DNA from: Saccostrea echinata
Taxonomy: Eukaryota
Assembly (NCBI RefSeq): GCF_033153115.1
Contig: NW_026889772.1
Coordinates: 6,262,001 to 6,326,000, forward strand
Length of the DNA stretch: 64,000 nucleotides
Reading direction: 5' to 3'
Part shown: positions 63,726-64,000 of the stretch, one piece after another
Layout: each line of letters opens with the position of its first letter
How positions within the stretch are numbered: position 1 is the first letter of the stretch
Program-made: the position numbers and the translations under genes
Notes under the pieces: model-generated
What the model saw: only the letters and a program-made list of their open reading frames with translations
What the model was told of the DNA's origin: nothing
Database searches by the model: none

Positions 63726-64000
63726 ACATTGAATTTTCTGTTTGTTACATTTTTTTTGATTTTCTCTTTGCCTCTGTCTTTTCGTAACACATTAGGATCA
63801 TAGGCCGTGATGTCATAGTTGAGCGGTTGAGACATCATAGCTATATAAGCAATTGAGAGATTGAAAAACATTGTAAACATGGCTTTTCTACAACATATTT
63901 GGAGAAACTTTGGCAGTTTTAGTCTCTGTCAGGATGGTTCATTTACTCTCTCTATCTTGTAACAGGCCAGGGAGTTTTTTTTCAAAACACTCTTCATAAT

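Overview
AT-rich eukaryotic genomic DNA, most likely a bivalve such as an oyster (inferred from Helentron/HINE-type, Kolobok-like and tRNA-LTR repeats). The left third holds three recognisable spliced genes: the 3' part of cathepsin B (+, 7 coding exons, 1171-7286), a complete RIO kinase 3 (-, 10 coding exons, 11298-17168), and head-to-head with it a CCDC73-like coiled-coil gene (+, 6 exons from 17607 to 27148; the next exon was not located). The main result lies downstream of that exon, apparently inside a very large CCDC73-like intron: a tandem cluster of nine divergent minus-strand genes (29144-58047) that I do not recognise as a described family. Four are two-exon CARD-like + coiled-coil genes with an identical 45-codon first exon. 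One of these ends in a well-registered RHIM-like amyloid motif and two end in a shared HNYNIYNN-x-MYS motif. The other five are single-exon coiled-coil genes that share a C-terminal [ILVM]S[FC]AN[SC] motif. All nine appear to share a central helical module. Together this looks like a lineage-specific death-fold/amyloid signalling adaptor cluster; function is inferred, not shown. Also seen: several minisatellites anchored at 5' splice sites, a 5-kb 33-bp satellite, a tRNA-containing TRIM with solo LTRs, a decayed LINE, and several MITE/Kolobok/Helentron elements.
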